Notes under the pieces: model-generated
Told to the model about the DNA's origin: nothing
Databases searched by the model: none
What the model saw: only the letters and a program-made list of their open reading frames with translations
Assembly (NCBI GenBank): GCA_010093815.1
Contig: ML996573.1
DNA: 64,000 bases
Strand: one strand, 5' to 3'
From: Pseudovirgaria hyperparasitica
Lineage: Eukaryota
Program-made: the position numbers and the translations under genes
In this document: in pieces, positions 62,754 to 64,000 of the stretch
Numbering within the stretch: position 1 is the first letter of the stretch
Layout: every line of letters begins with the position of its first letter

Positions 62754-64000
62754 TGGCCTATTCTATAGTAGGTTCTTTTCGCTCATATTCTACTTATCGG
62801 CTAAGGGCGTTAGCTCTTCCGTTTTCGGATCCTTTATAGTATATAATTTAGATATTAAATTCCGTGAGAAGCTCGTACCAACTAATTTATTTCTTTTATA
62901 GTTTCTTCGTTATAGTAAAGGTAGTTAGGTTTTTATAGTTAGTATAGACTTTTACTATATAGCCTAATCTATAGAGATAGCTTCTCTATTTCTTAAGGTA
63001 TTTAATTATAGCGTAAAGTTCTTTTTTATAGATTAGCTAGTTTATTTCTAATCCTCGAAACTTTCGGGAGTGAAATACTATAGAATATCTTTTCCCTTAT
63101 TTATCTATCTAGGTTAACTACCCTCTAATAGCGAATTCTAATACGTCTATCTCGACTTTATAGGGTTTTTCTATTTAATATATCTTTAATACGGGTTCGG
63201 TTATAATAGACTCTTTTAACTATTAAAATACTTATTCTTACTTTAGTCTCTATTTAAATATTATATTTTTCTTTATAAGCTCGTGTAGTAGGGCCGTTTT
63301 TATAGAATAGTTATATATGAATTTTCTATAAAAGTTCATGAATCCGGTAAATCCTTAGATTTCCTTAACTGTCTTAGGTTACTTCTAGTTTTTAATAGCC
63401 TTAATTTTCTTTAGGTCTATTCGTATTTCTCTAGGTATAATCTTAAATTCTAAAAATATAACTTTCTATATATAGAAGACACTCTTCTTTAATTCTACTA
63501 GTAGATTCGCTATCCGTAATTTCTAAAGTACCTTATATATGTATTCTCTATACTCTAATAGGTTTCTTAAGTAAATTAATATATCGTCTAGATAGACTAT
63601 TATAAAGTAGTTAAGGTATTCTCTTAGCACGTCGTTAATTAGTACTTAGAATATAGCTAGTATATTAGTTAGCCTAAATAGTATTACTAGATATTCGTAG
63701 TAGCTATATCGAGTCTAAAAGGCTATTTTCTATTTATCTTCTTCTACTATACGTACGAGGTTATAGACTCCTTATAAGTCTATTATAGTAAAGTACTAAG
63801 CCTCCACGAGTTAGTCCTATAATTTATTAATTTAGGGTAGAGGGTATCTATTTTTAACGGTAATATTATTTAAGTATTAATAGTCTATATAGGGTCATTT
63901 ACTTCTATCTTTCTTTAGTATAAAGAGTATCGGATATTCTATAGGTGATTTAGAGGGTTGGATATATTCTTTTACTTCTATTTTCTCGATATATTATCGC

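Larger units (their letters stand above)
60002..64000 (-). mobile_element. Gypsy-4 chromovirus, 3' portion (3' LTR 60002-60530, chromodomain, IN, RNase H, RT); runs off the window
   Basis: LTR bounded by the 9-bp inverted ends TATAATAAA/TTTATTATA; PPT (reverse complement GAAGGGGCA) adjacent. De-RIP chromodomain EFEVEKIL...YLIKWKGYG...NTWEP ~61280-61390; integrase DGQTE ~61945; RT YLDD ~63583-63594. Confidence 0.9.

Noticed and set aside
7028..64000. Alternative genetic code (TAA/TAG read-through) or organellar/viral AT-rich DNA
   Set aside because: Copy-to-copy comparison shows C>T/G>A transitions creating the stops, which is the RIP signature.
7028..64000. Centromere assignment
   Set aside because: An AT-rich chromovirus nest is compatible with it, but nothing in the sequence establishes it; CENP-A ChIP or Hi-C would be needed.

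Overview
Filamentous-ascomycete genomic DNA with two sharply different halves. Positions 1-7027 are gene-dense and normal-GC: the 3' end of a haspin-type kinase, a compact two-BIR survivin/Bir1 gene, TAM41, a U1 snRNA gene and a frameshifted GST-like gene truncated by a transposon. Positions 7028-64000 are one AT-rich, RIP-mutated (TpA-rich, CpA/TpG-poor) nest of retroelements, resolvable by LTR pairs and target-site duplications. A Copia contains Gypsy-1 copy A. Copy A contains Gypsy-2 and Gypsy-4. Gypsy-2 contains Gypsy-1 copy B, Gypsy-3, and a Tad-like LINE that in turn contains Gypsy-1 copy C. Gypsy-4 contains a solo LTR. Reading through the RIP damage, all four Gypsy families appear to carry an extra non-gag/pol gene: (i) a ~980-codon sense ORF ending in a PhyH-like 2OG-Fe(II) dioxygenase domain (Gypsy-3), (ii) a ~600-codon RING-HC ORF (Gypsy-2), and (iii, iv) antisense intron-containing Cys-cluster/coiled-coil genes (Gypsy-1, Gypsy-4). 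A ~35-bp palindrome is shared between Gypsy-3 and the unrelated LINE. All protein calls in the TE block rest on manual de-RIP translation; no database searches were run.
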